NCBI GenBank assembly: GCA_963823665.1
Contig: CAWGMQ010000008.1
Span: 352,001-416,000, forward strand
Reading direction: 5' to 3'
From: an uncultured Planctomycetota bacterium
Lineage (GTDB): Bacteria > Planctomycetota > Planctomycetia > Isosphaerales > Isosphaeraceae
DNA: 64,000 nucleotides
The number at the start of each line of letters is the position of its first letter. Position 1 is the first letter of the stretch. Of this stretch, positions 1 to 10,220 are shown piece by piece. Position numbers and translations under genes: made by a program. Under the pieces are notes generated by a model. That model saw only the letters and a list, made by a program, of their open reading frames with translations. It was not told where the DNA came from and ran no database searches.

Positions 1-282
1 GTCGCGAACCGCCGAGCCGCGGGCCGCTTCGTCCTCTAACGCCAGAACGTGCAGGTGCGTGGCCGCGTGGTTCCGGGCGCATTGACGCTTCGGGTGTTCT
101 GGTAATTCGCGTGCGAAACTTCGGACCTCGCCGATGCAGATCGCCTTCCAACCGCCGTCGTCCTTGGTCTGTCTGGCAAAGATGTAGACCCCGCCCCGAT
201 CGTCGAGTGGACCGTCGAGCGGTTGGGGAGTGAACGAATACGCGGCGCCCGAACGGCCGTTCCAGTTGGCAGGGCTCTGCAT
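1..282 (-). CDS. Small hypothetical protein, GIY-YIG-like (runs off the window edge)
   Basis: Not in ORF track. ATG at 282 after AAGGAAAGGA; reads MQSPANWNGRSGAAYSF...GGVYIFAR...WKAICIGE, a GVY/xIG pattern, open to base 1. Confidence 0.6.
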   Translation of the reverse strand, partial: MQSPANWNGRSGAAYSFTPQPLDGPLDDRGGVYIFARQTKDDGGWKAICIGEVRSFARELPEHPKRQCARNHAATHLHVLALEDEAARGSAVRD

Positions 283-570
283 CGGATGCTAGTCCTTTCC
301 TTATTTCAATCTATTTGACCCATTGATCGACGCTCAGCGCCCTTAGCACTTCGCAAGTACTACGTGAAGGTTCTCGACGCGTGTCGGCCATGAAGGCGGA
401 CCGAGCTCTGCGCGTTGACGTGAAGCATCGAGCTCAAATCGATGCCCGTTCGCGCTTGACGACCGGACCCGGCGCCACCTTGCGGCGGGGAGAGAACGGA
501 GGCGGTATACTCCCGTTCGTGAAGCATTTCGATCCGAGCTCACGCGGCCCTCGAAAGAAGGGAACACCCA

Positions 571-2509
571 ATGGGCGGCTTCTACGGCTCCGTTCAGATT
601 CGTGGTATAGACCGCGTCGAGCTGAATGACGTGCTCGAGAAGCTCTCGCGCAAGCTAAAGACACGTTTTCTTCTGGGACCGCTGCTGGGCGATTGGGTCG
701 GTGTCTACCCGGAGGGCAGCGGCCAGGAAACGGGCATCGGCACCCAGATCGCGCGAAACTCAAGTGCGAGCTGTTTCACATCCTGGTCCACGACGACGAC
801 TTTCTCGTCTATGAGTATTACCGCGACGGAAAACTCGTCGATCAGTACAATTCTCGCCCCGAGTATTTTGCCCCGGTCGCCCCACGAAAACGTGAAAAGC
901 TGCGTGGGCGGCCCGAATTGTTCGCCCACCTCGTGGGGAATTCCGAGGCCGTTGCGAGTCTGAAAACGAAGCTTGCGGAGGCGGACGCCGAGCCGTTTGC
1001 CTACGTGGCCTTGCAGGCCTTCGCCCTGGCGCTCGGAATTCGCAATGCGGTCACGAGCTACGAATACCTTCGCAACGGTGAAACGGACGAGATTGACGAC
1101 TGGGACCAGTTCGTCCACATTCCCGACCTGGCAAGTGAGGAAGCCAAGCAGCGAGAGGCCGAGGCCGGCGTGCGCGCGAAGAAAACGGGCTTGATGAAGG
1201 ACGGGCTGCTTTTGAAGGAGATTGGCGGCCTGCGCGGGATGGAAAAACCGTCGCCGTGGTGTTGCCGTGCGCCCGAGCCCTCCAGCTTCCTGATTGCTTG
1301 GAGCGGTCACACGATGGACGAGGAGAAAGCTTGCGAGCTGGAGCGATATGGGCCGCCGTGGGAGGCAAGCCCGACGCCGTTTTCGATGTCGATCGACGGC
1401 CACATCTACAACATGTCTCTGAGCCCGAGTGGCCGGTATCTCGCCGTGGGCCACGCGGCGGGCGATTGGAAAGCGACTCTGTGGGACCTGGTTGAAAAAC
1501 GACGCATCGTCGAATCGCCTCAAGTGCGAGCGGTGAGCTGGGCGGGATTCACGCCCGATGAACGCGCGATGATTTCTGTCAGCAACGACGGCCAGGAGGG
1601 CAGAGTGGTGATTCAGCCTGTCGACGGGTCAGAGTCGAGGGCCCTGCCGCTCAAGCACGCGAGCCGCGCAGCGTGCCATCCCGGTGGTCGAAAGCTAGCC
1701 GTCATGGACAAGCGGCTTTCGGTGGTGGATCTCGACACTCTGCAGATCGAGAGCGCCAGCTTTGTGGGCGGGCGGCGGGTCACCGGGCGCTCGAGCAGAG
1801 CATGATCGCGCAGATCAAGGCGTCGGTGGCCAACATCGACTATGAGAAGGTTGAGCAGATGATTCGAAAGCAGCACGCGCAAATCTTGCGTTCGCTGGAT
1901 CCGAAGCATCTTCCACCGGGCGTCAATTCGATCGAAGAAGTCAAGGAGCAGTTGGAAAAAGGAGTGGCGGAACAACTGAAGAGCATGCGCGAGCAGAATG
2001 AGCGGCTGGGAACGCCCGAGTGGCAGGCAGACCAGGTTTGGGGCTCGGAGGCCGTTTACAGCATGATCTTCGACAAATCGGGCGACCGCCTGTGCCTGGG
2101 TACGCAAAACGGAGTTCGGGTTTATCGATGGGATGAAGTCGTCAGGGCCCACGACGACATGTCGCGGCCGATCATGGCAGTCGATCTCGGGTCGAAGAGC
2201 ATGAAAATGGACAGTCATTCCACGGAGAAAGAACAGTACGTTAACGCACTCGACTACGACGCAGAGCGTGACTGGGTTCTTTTCGCTGGGCTCGAGGGCC
2301 TGGTGCGTTACCTCGATCTCTCGAGCGGCCGTTCTGGCGTGTTGCTCGAGCCGCCCGAAGACTGGCCGATCCTACAAATCGAGCTTTCGATCGACCGATC
2401 GGCGCTGGCGGTCCGGTACGGGCCCGATTTCTTCTCACAGAAACTCGACAAGCGCGGCATCGCAGTGCAGTTCTGGAATTACCGGGCGCTGTGCGAGCGG
2501 ATCTCGTAA
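571..2509 (+). CDS. WD40/beta-propeller-containing protein, split over three frames by apparent indels (~757, ~1790)
   Basis: ORFs 571-963, 693-1805 and 1673-2509 join into one protein. WD-like motifs SLSPSGRYLAVG..ATLWDL, GFTPDE, ALDYD...VRYLDL, VQFWNY. Confidence 0.65.
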
Positions 2510-2587
2510 ACGTGAAGTTGGATTTTGACCACATACATTCGGGCGTGTGATCGTGCGGCGTATGATTCCATTGGACACGCAGGAGTG

Positions 2588-2942
2588 ATGCCACAGGGGC
2601 AAGAACGATCTCATCGGGCACGAGAGACTGCCCCGACTGCGCGGTGGAGTCGACCCGATGCCTGGCCGAGAACTCGAGGGGCTGCCCCCCTTTCCCCAGC
2701 CGCCGCCGGGCACGCCTCGGATGGAACACCGGCCGACCGTCGAGGCGAGCATCCGCTACTGGGAGGCCGTCCGCGACCGGGCGATCAGCGCGCGGGACCA
2801 CGCACGGGAACGCACCGCGATGAGTCTGCGGCGCTCGTACGAGGCTGTGCTCGCGGCGTTAACAAAGGCGAAGCCGCGGCCGGCGGGGTCCGGAGACCAA
2901 CCAAGTCAAAAAAAACGGCCGCCGCGGACGAGTGGAACGTGA
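2588..2942 (+). CDS. Hypothetical protein (probable frameshift near 2655)
   Basis: AGGAG then ATG at 2588; plausible helical body in ORF 2658-2942. Confidence 0.35.
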
Positions 2943-2999
2943 ATTTGCCGCAGGCGAGACCATCTCGGACGACTGAATGCGCGCGTGTCTCAAGAGAAA

Positions 3000-3164
3000 T
3001 CAGCCGCTTTTGGGCTTCGGCTTCTTGGGTTTGGCAACCTTGACCGTTTCCAAGAAAGTGGTCTTGGGATGCTTCTTGGCGAAGTCCTTGGATTTGAACT
3101 GGCCGTCGTCGGCGCTCTTGATGACCTTGCGGGTTGTCTTCTTGACGGTTTTTTTGGTCGCCAT
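3000..3164 (-). CDS. 54-aa lysine-rich small basic protein
   Basis: Below ORF-track cutoff. AAAGGA RBS, ATG 3164, TGA 3000-3002; MATKKTVKKTTRKVIKSADDGQFKSKDFAKKHPKTTFLETVKVAKPKKPKPKSG. Confidence 0.75.
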   Translation of the reverse strand: MATKKTVKKTTRKVIKSADDGQFKSKDFAKKHPKTTFLETVKVAKPKKPKPKSG

Positions 3165-3303
3165 GATGCACGTCCTTTCGAGATGCGACAGCCTCGGACC
3201 GGCTCGACGACCAATCGGGCTGCTCGCCGAGCTAGACTAACCGGATGATAACTCTCCGGATTGCGAACGTCAAAGTGACCTGGACACGCCAGCGCGTCCG
3301 AAA

Positions 3304-3736
3304 TCACGGTAATCGAGGTCTCCGCAGCCTTCGCATGAGGTCTGCGGGCACCGTGAATGACCACGCCTTGCCCACCTTTCGCTTCTTCAGGAGACCAAGG
3401 CTCGCCAGTTCAAGCAGGTCGCGCCTCGCGGTCTCGTAGACGATCTTGTTGGCATGCTGATGATACGCCACGGAATAGACTTGATCGGGGTGTTTTAGCG
3501 CGTGCCTGATGAGATCGCGCTGGCGGTGATTCAAGCGGACCTGGCTCGTCAATTCCGCGCTGACGGCCGCAATCTCCTGCGCGACGATCCGTGAAGCTGC
3601 GGAAATCCTCGATCGCCTTGAGAACGATGTCTGCATGATAGTGCAAGAAATAGGTCAGATCGTTTTCATCGTTCTCGCTGTAAAGAAACGCCATGCCGTA
3701 TCGAGCCGGGGCCTTCAATATGATTTTCGATATGCT
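3304..3736 (-). pseudogene. C-terminal remnant of a Fic-family protein with winged-helix tail
   Basis: SISKIILKAPARYGMAFLYSENDENDLTYFL...LNHRQ...YETARRDLLELASLGLL resembles Fic C-termini. The catalytic HPFxDGNGR part is absent. Confidence 0.65.
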
Positions 3737-3854
3737 TCTGGCCCGTCGCGAACTTCCACCTCAGCGTGGTGTCGTCCCCGGCCGCCGACCTGACCGCCGC
3801 AAGCAACATGACGACCAAGCAAGTGAAACACACGCTGTACCTTGAGCTCTTCAT
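3737..3854 (-). pseudogene. N-terminal fragment of a secreted protein (signal peptide + LRWKF), fused by deletion to the Fic remnant
   Basis: MKSSRYSVCFTCLVVMLLAAVRSAAGDDTTLRWKFATGQK runs directly into Fic-derived DNA at ~3736. Confidence 0.5.
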
Positions 3855-3952
3855 CGCGAGATCCTCGATGGCACGGTTGACGAGGCTGTCGGCGTGGTGA
3901 ATGCCGCCATCAGCCGTAAGCGAGGCTAAGTCCCGCGCTGGCCTCGCTGCGG

Positions 3953-4228
3953 CTACGGTTTGGGAGCCGCGTTCGTACCGGCTTTCGGAGTCCCCCTGGG
4001 AGCAGCTCTGGGAGCAAAAAAATACATCCACGCGAAGGCCGCGACAAATAGGCAGACGAAGAACAGAGTGAAGTTCATCCGCCGCCGACAGCGCGGACAG
4101 TACGAAGTAAGAATCTCGTTCCCAACCGGCCAGACGAACAGGATTGGGAGAGCCAGTAACCGCAGAAGCCCTGCCGGAGGGCGAAGCTCCGCGGCGGCGA
4201 ACTCCTTCGTGCAACGCGGGCACTGCAT
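3953..4228 (-). CDS. Small membrane protein with split zinc knuckle (CPRC-hydrophobic-CPRC-TM)
   Basis: ATG 4228: MQCPRC...LLRLLALPILFVW...YCPRCRRR...FTLFFVCLFVAAFAWMYFF. Confidence 0.55.
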   Translation of the reverse strand: MQCPRCTKEFAAAELRPPAGLLRLLALPILFVWPVGNEILTSYCPRCRRRMNFTLFFVCLFVAAFAWMYFFAPRAAPRGTPKAGTNAAPKP

Positions 4229-4469
4229 ACCGTTTCTTCCCCCGCCAGAAGGAATAGCTCGGCCGACCTGGCCGACCAGCACGAAAGGGGGATGCCGATT
4301 CGGAACGCTCGCACTGTTCGATCGCCGACCCGCATCCCGACTTTGGACTGGCAAATTGCCAGATCGCTGTCGCCAATAGTAGTCGAATGGCCGACGACGA
4401 GCAACGAACCGGACGCATCAGTGACGCGGCGTGGATAATGCGTCGTGCCCACCGTACACTTGTCAAAGG

Positions 4470-4565
4470 GACCCGAACCTGACCGGCGTCATCGAGGCAT
4501 GGGATCGACTGCCCGAGGCCGTCCGGGCGGGAATCGTGGCGATGGTGAAATCCGCGTCGAATTGA
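4470..4565 (+). other. Start-less conserved peptide segment DPNLTGVIEAWDRLPEAVRAGIVAMVKSASN* (copy 1)
   Basis: Homologous to 8020-8115, with mostly synonymous differences and a stop at the same codon position. Confidence 0.7.
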
Positions 4566-4673
4566 GTCGGTGGATCGAAATGGTGACCGGATCTACCAGC
4601 CCTACAATCGCGTCGGGACGGAAGATATACTGATCCCATTGAACGAAGCAGTAGCCGATATCGAAATGCGAGC

Positions 4674-5330
4674 ATGACCGACCCTGCCAAGCCCGTCTCA
4701 CGCTCCTGGCGAAGATTCCTGCGCTTCAGCGTGCGGGGGCTGATCGTTGTTGTGCTTGTGATTGGCGGCTGGGTTGGCTGGATCGTGCGGAGCGCGCAAA
4801 TTCAGCGCGAGGCCGTGGCGGCAATCGCGAACGCCGGAGGCATCGTCAGTTACGATTGGGAGTGGTATGACGGAAAGCCCAAACCGGGAAGAAAACCCTG
4901 GGCACCACAGTGGCTCGTCGATCTTATCGGGGTCAATTATTTCGGGCACATCACCGAGGTTTGGATCTTCCGCGAGAAGGTGTCGAATGAGACGAATGTT
5001 CAGATCGGGAAACTCAAGCGGTTGCAACGGTTATTCCTTCGCGGGTGTTCGATCGACGATGCGGAGCTAGCTCATTTGACGGGCCTCTCCAGGCTTGACA
5101 AGCTCAGCCTCGCCGACAACCCGGTCACCGACGCCGGGCTGGTGCATTTGAAGGCACTGACGAATCTCTCCACCCTCTGGCTCACCGAAACTCAGGTCAG
5201 CGACGCCGGGCTGGTGCATTTGAAGGCACTGACGAATCTCTCCACCCTCGGTCTCCGGGACACTCAGGTCACGGACGCCGGAGTGAAAGACCTACAGCAA
5301 GCGCTGCCGAGGTTGAAGATCATCCGCTGA
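4674..5330 (+). CDS. Membrane-anchored leucine-rich repeat protein
   Basis: RFSVRGLIVVVLV N-terminal anchor; 24-aa LRRs LxxLxLxxTxVTDAGLxHL; identical 49-bp DNA repeat at 5129-5177 and 5201-5249 (72-bp period). Confidence 0.85.
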   Translation: MTDPAKPVSRSWRRFLRFSVRGLIVVVLVIGGWVGWIVRSAQIQREAVAAIANAGGIVSYDWEWYDGKPKPGRKPWAPQWLVDLIGVNYFGHITEVWIFREKVSNETNVQIGKLKRLQRLFLRGCSIDDAELAHLTGLSRLDKLSLADNPVTDAGLVHLKALTNLSTLWLTETQVSDAGLVHLKALTNLSTLGLRDTQVTDAGVKDLQQALPRLKIIR

Positions 5331-5604
5331 CTTTCCACCTCTCCGCCCGGCGCAAAATCATCCCTGTCGCAGCGCCAGGAGGCGGGACGTCGTCGTTCAA
5401 AAGTGAATCCGTTCGCGTCAGTTGGCCGAAAGCAGGCCCCGGGTATCGAGCCCTTGCCTGCCTCGTGACTAACGATTGCATTTGCGCGAAGTGAGCCCAG
5501 AATCGGACGCAATCAGACCGGCATTGCCAATCTGACTACAGTTGTGGCTAGAATTGGTAGACTCGGGGTGATGATAAAGCCCGCGGTTCCGGGAGAGTCA
5601 GGCT

Positions 5605-5866
5605 ATGATCAGTGACAAACAACTCGAAGCGAACCGCCAGAATGCTCTTCAGTCGACGGGCCGACAACTGTGGAAGGGGTGGACGCGGTCAAGCTGAATG
5701 CCCTTCGGCATGGTCTTCGGTCGGTTCAGACCGTGGTTCCCGGAGAAGACCCGGACGCTTGGGAGGACCATCGCGCCGCTGTGGTTGCAGACGTGAAACC
5801 GGTCGGCGCGCTCGAGCTGGCCCTGGCCGAACAAATTGCGGTCAAGCTTTGGCGACTTGGGCGTGA
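5605..5866 (+). pseudogene. Truncated, frameshifted hypothetical of the SxKQxEANRxNA..STGP..NAxxHGL family
   Basis: MISDKQLEANRQNA / STGPTTVEG / NALRHGL...LPGEDP-like..ALELALAEQIAVKLWRL; similarity ends ~70 bp before the degenerate att. Confidence 0.55.
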
Positions 5867-5938
5867 CTTGTTGTTCGAGGCGTATGCAGATGCCGACAAT
5901 TCGCCGGTCGGTTTTGCCATGTGTCACATTCTCGATCG

Positions 5939-5986
5939 CCGGGGAGGCGACTCGAAGCCTGACCTGCGGATGATGCGACCGCCGCT
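5939..5986. repeat. Degenerate att remnant (tRNA-CAT 3' half)
   Basis: ccggggaggcgactcgaa-gcctgacctgcggatgatgcgaccgccgct versus the tRNA sequence: 1 deletion and 2 substitutions. Confidence 0.85.
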
Positions 5987-6058
5987 GTTGTGTCGGCACG
6001 AACACGTGGAAGAGTCATGTGTGATCGGAAATTAAGAGGTTTCCCGGTCGTTGGCCAA

Positions 6059-7222
6059 TCAGGAATCCTCGATCACCCGGAAATTACGCGGTTCGGTCAG
6101 CTCGTACTCCCGCACCTTGACCTCATTGCGAATAATTCCAGTTACGGCGACTCGTTTCCGGTCAGGGAGCGCATCGCAGGCCTGTCTGAATTCCTCGGCG
6201 GCGAGATCGACCTTGACCTTGGCAGGCCGGCCTGCAACTACAGAAGCGATGATGATTCTACCAACCAGGTCCGGCGTGAAGGGACGATGGACGAATTCCG
6301 TCCGGAGCAGTTCACCCTTGTATTCCTCGGGCTTTGCAAACGCCCGGCGGCGGAGTCCCCTGGCCGCCTCCTCGATGAATGAGAATGACTCTTGGGGGAA
6401 GGAGACAGACTGTGGCACTCGCTCAGGGACATGATGTCGGGTCCGAGCCCAACTGACGGAGATCTCGAGCCTCGACTGGTCACCGGAGGGTTCTCATCAC
6501 TCGCAGGGCATCGCAGAGATTCGCGCTGACGCCACGTTCGATTCCGTCGAGGATTTGACCGGGGTTGCCTGTGCGGATCGCATCAGAGACAAAGCCAAGA
6601 GTCGACATCAAGCGACTCGTGACCCGACGCGAATAGGGCTCCTGACTCAATCGCAAATCCTCATCAACGAAATCCATCAGCGTCTGAATCTCAGGCGGCA
6701 CGGGAGCGATGATGGTCGCTACGAAACTTCCTCGTTCTGTCTGACCCAAACGACAAGTCTTCAAGAATCTACTGACTTCCCTATTTACCTTCAGAGGATG
6801 AAGTGGTTGAGGGTGTACCGCGCTGCAAGCGGCCGCCAGAAGCAGGTCCCGGCCGCCGCGCAGCAATTCGATGCCCTCATCGAGCGGCAGGTTTCCCAGC
6901 GTGGCGTCAGCGGCTTCGACGCGAAATCGGAACACGTCGCCTGACGGTACCGAGAGATCTTTGAGAATCTCCCACGGGGAGCGGTCCTCGATCGTGGCAA
7001 GAGCGACAACGACGTCGGCCATGCGGAGAACGAAGTCCCTCATCTCACGCTTGAGCGGGAGCAACAGCTCCACCGCTTTGTGCGAGGTATGCCGGAATTC
7101 CAGGGCGTTGCTTGAGCGACCGTTTGGCGTAGAAACCCAGCCATGGGTCGTCAGGTAGAGTCGGACGTCCCCGGGCGCAACGCTTCGATCTGATCTCTCG
7201 GCAATTTCAAGGGGGACTTCAT
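6059..7222 (-). CDS. Hypothetical protein coupled to the DUF4365 gene (broken by indels/stop)
   Basis: ATG 7222 overlaps the upstream stop. MKSPLKLPRDQIEALRPG joins DVRLYLTTHGW after a 1-nt shift in a G-run, then continues in ORFs 6480-7073 (LGQTERGSFV) and 6059-6418. Confidence 0.6.
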
Positions 7223-7503
7223 ATCGGTTCCTTACGGGCGGTCTGTTTCATCAGATCATCGTAATTCTTTCGCTTCAAGTGGTAAACGAGGTGCTCGCCC
7301 CGCATGACTCTGGCGCTGGTGCACTTCACCTGAAGTTCGATCCGCGGTGGTCGGGGGATTTCTTCGCCGACACGCCCGGCGATCCAGAGGTCGATGCTGT
7401 CGTCATCGACTGGGGGTTCAGCGACCATATTCCCTGCGAGGGTCGCAACAGCTCGAACATAAGCGAAACTGAATTGCTCCTTTCGTTGGCTGTTATCCAT
7501 CAT
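7219..7503 (-). pseudogene. DUF4365-like (PD-(D/E)xK-type) protein, apparently internally deleted
   Basis: KEQFSFAYVRAVA..DDDSIDL..RIELQVKCT..KNYDDL, then only 10 more residues; 94 aa, shorter than usual for this family. Confidence 0.6.
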
Positions 7504-7885
7504 GCCGCAGCCTCGATCAGGCACTCGCTTCCTGCCGTGTTGGTGCTCACGACGGCGCCGGCTATGCGGTGTGGTGCTCTACGGCGCGATCGCCAACTTC
7601 GCGGGACCACAGTCTAACGATCATGAGCGGTTCGGCAACCCCCGACAAAGCGAGGCTTTCTTCAGCCTGGCGCGTAATTTGGCCCTGGAGGTGTAGCGAT
7701 AACGCGTGTAGTACGTTCACTGTCGATCTTGGAGTTTTCGGCGCTGCTGCCTTCCGCCGGATGGCGGAATCGCACTGGTTTCCGAGATCAGATATATCGT
7801 CCCGCAGATCCCAGCGTCGCGGCAAGTACGCAGCCGGCTCGTGGGTTTCGTTCGGGATTCGGCTTTGGCTAGCCATCCGATCGAT

Positions 7886-7937
7886 TACCGGGGAGGCGAC
7901 TCGAACGCCTGACCTGCGGATTATGAGACCGCCGCTC
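7886..7937. repeat. Distal att site: 52-bp perfect direct repeat of the tRNA 3' portion
   Basis: taccggggaggcgactcgaacgcctgacctgcggattatgagaccgccgctc is identical to 22005-22056. Confidence 0.97.
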
Positions 7938-8019
7938 GCGAACCGCAAAGATATCAAATCAAACGACTTGCGTCAACACACACCCGAGGCGACAGCGCAG
8001 GGACAGCGCGGCGTCGAAT

Positions 8020-8115
8020 GACCCCGGTTTGACCGCCGTCATCGAGGCATGGGATCGACTGCCCGAGGCCGTCCGCGCTGGCATCGTGGCGATGGTAAAG
8101 GCCGCGGCGAAGTAA
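8020..8115 (+). other. Start-less conserved peptide segment DPGLTAVIEAWDRLPEAVRAGIVAMVKAAAK* (copy 2)
   Basis: Begins 82 bp inside the distal att; homologous to 4470-4565. Confidence 0.7.
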
Positions 8116-8201
8116 GTGCGTCCATTCCCGTCTCGTGCTGAGAACCGGTGCAAGTGAATTCGGAAGCCGCGATGTAGTAAAATCTCCCGGAGTGGATCGC
8201 G

Positions 8202-9102
8202 ATGGCGCTGGTTCATATTAACGGACGTCTTTATTACACCAAGTCAGTGCGACGGGGCGCAAGGGTCACATCCCAGTGTCTGGGAACCGGAGAAGACGCT
8301 GTATTGTTTGCCCAAATGGACGCGTTGCTCCGAGAGGAAGTGCGCGTGCAGGCGAAGCCAGGAATGGGAATGGAAGCGCGAACAGGCCAAGGCGCATCGA
8401 GCCCGGAAAGAGGAAAGAAAGGCCCTTCAAGATCAACTCAAGTCCACCGACCGCGCCATGGCAATGCACTTCCGGACGGTCGGCAAGACTGTCGAGACCC
8501 TGTTGATGGCGCTGGGGTTCCATCGACACGAACGCGGGGAATGGCGACGGAGGCGCAAGGCCATGAGCACCGAACTGGCTGAGACGGATGTTCAAGAACT
8601 GGTCAAGTTAGCTCGTGAAGGTGATCAGATCGCACTGGGCGAGCTGGCCTATCATGCCAGTCGCGCGCTTAAGCCGATCGATCCCTACTCAGGCGATCTG
8701 GCCCGGGCCGTCGTAGAGCCGATGCTGATTGATCTCGTTGCAGAGAAATATGACCCGTTGCGAGACGCCGTGGCCGCCAAACTTGAAGCGCTTCGCCGCG
8801 AATTGGCCCCCCGCGGTTCCTCGATGGCTGAGCGCCTGTTGGCTGAGCGCGCGGCATTCTGCTGGCTTCACGTGCTACTGCTGGAGAGGGACCGGGCCGA
8901 ATTGTTCCAGAACTTTGAGGCCGGTCACGATGTTGACTATCGCAAGATCACGATGGTTGACCAAAGTCTCTCCCGCGCGCAGGTCCGGTTAGAGCGATCT
9001 CTTGTCGCTCTGGCCAAGGTCCGACGACTGAAACTCCCGACCGTCATCAATCAGGTCAACGTCGGCGCGCAGGTCAACGGCGCCGTCCTATCCGAAATCT
9101 GA
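8202..9102 (+). CDS. Hypothetical protein, fused form of the two-gene module at 11757-12495 (one frameshift ~8350)
   Basis: MALVHINGRLYYTKSVRRGARVTS..G.G; GFHRHERGEWRRRR; ERLLAERAAFCWL..LAKVRRLKLP..NQVNVG. Confidence 0.7.
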
Positions 9103-9262
9103 AGCGCCGTATGGCTGGCTCGCCGATTGTTCCGGGCCGTTTGGGCCGGCATCGTGCTCATGGTCTGCGCCGCTGGTTCTCGAATCGAAGGATGATGCAC
9201 GTTAGACTTCGGTTTGCACGGCTATCGTGCAGCCCGACGTCTTTTTCGGTCCGGGGGGAGAA

Positions 9263-9820
9263 ATGTCCAACCGCTTTCAAGAGGGACGCTGGCGAGATTG
9301 GTACGAGGCCAACGCGATGGAGCTGTCGGCTTTCTGTCTCGCACGTGGTCGGTACGAGGTGGCTCACGAACTGCACGCCATTGGAACAGATTCGTACGAG
9401 CGAGAAGTGGTTAACAAGGCATATCCCGGCGATACCGCCGCTGAACGAGAACACTACCGCCAAGTCCTTCGAGAATACAAGGAACGCCTTGCCGAGTTTC
9501 CATTGCTGGTGTCCACCCGATCCCGATTCCTTGAGAGCCTGAGTGCGAATGCAGGGGGGATCGACCGAGACAAATTCAAGACCAAGGTAAACCATGAGGG
9601 CTCGACCGCCTTCGGGGTGATCTGCAATCAACTCGCACGAGGGGGATGGCTTCGCCAGGAGAAGACGTGAAAGAAGTACACGCTTTACCCCGCAGAAACC
9701 CCTCCGCCTAGCGATGAAGTTTTCGTGAGAAAGGAAATGCCTACACCGGAAGAGTTGGACGCCAAAGCTGCCTCGGCCCGCCCGATCGCATCGTTCAACG
9801 CGAATCTTCCGCTAGAATAG
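9263..9820 (+). CDS. Hypothetical protein with winged-helix-like segment; in-frame TGA at 9668-9670
   Basis: GGAG RBS, ATG 9263; QLARGGWLRQEKT*KKYTLYP, and the frame stays open for 49 more codons to TAG at 9820. Confidence 0.5.
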
Positions 9821-10220
9821 CGATCTGGATGTCTGCCAAGATTCTTTGCATTGATCATGGTCGTTCTTACTCTGATCTGGGGTTGCCGATGACCGAAGTA
9901 ATAACCCCCTGCGATAACTCGACGCCAGCCCGCCTCGGCTCGGATTGGGGGAGACTGAACGGGGCGCGATGAGCCGCGCCGTTATCAACGCCGCCAGAGC
10001 GCCCACGCTGACGAATGCATGGCGATCGGCCACGCGGAAGTCTTTTGCATCGACAGAGGCCCTTCGCGCCCGCATCGGGGCGACGATACGCGCGCCGGGA
10101 TGAGTGTGATTCGAGTCTCACTCGGATAATTGATTTGAACCAATGCGAGTTTTTTAATTGCGAACCTCAGACAGATGGGATACCCTCCAGAATCCGCTGG
10201 TTCAATGAAAGGAGAAGGCG

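Noticed and set aside
4425..4445. Possible fourth att remnant (ggataatgcg) upstream of peptide copy 1
   Set aside because: Match too short and degenerate to distinguish from chance.
5129..5249. 49-bp exact direct repeat
   Set aside because: Explained by 24-aa LRR units in the coding sequence.
7886..7937. Additional tRNA genes at 7886 and 5939
   Set aside because: Only the 3' part is present (no 5' acceptor strand or complete D-arm); these are att repeats.
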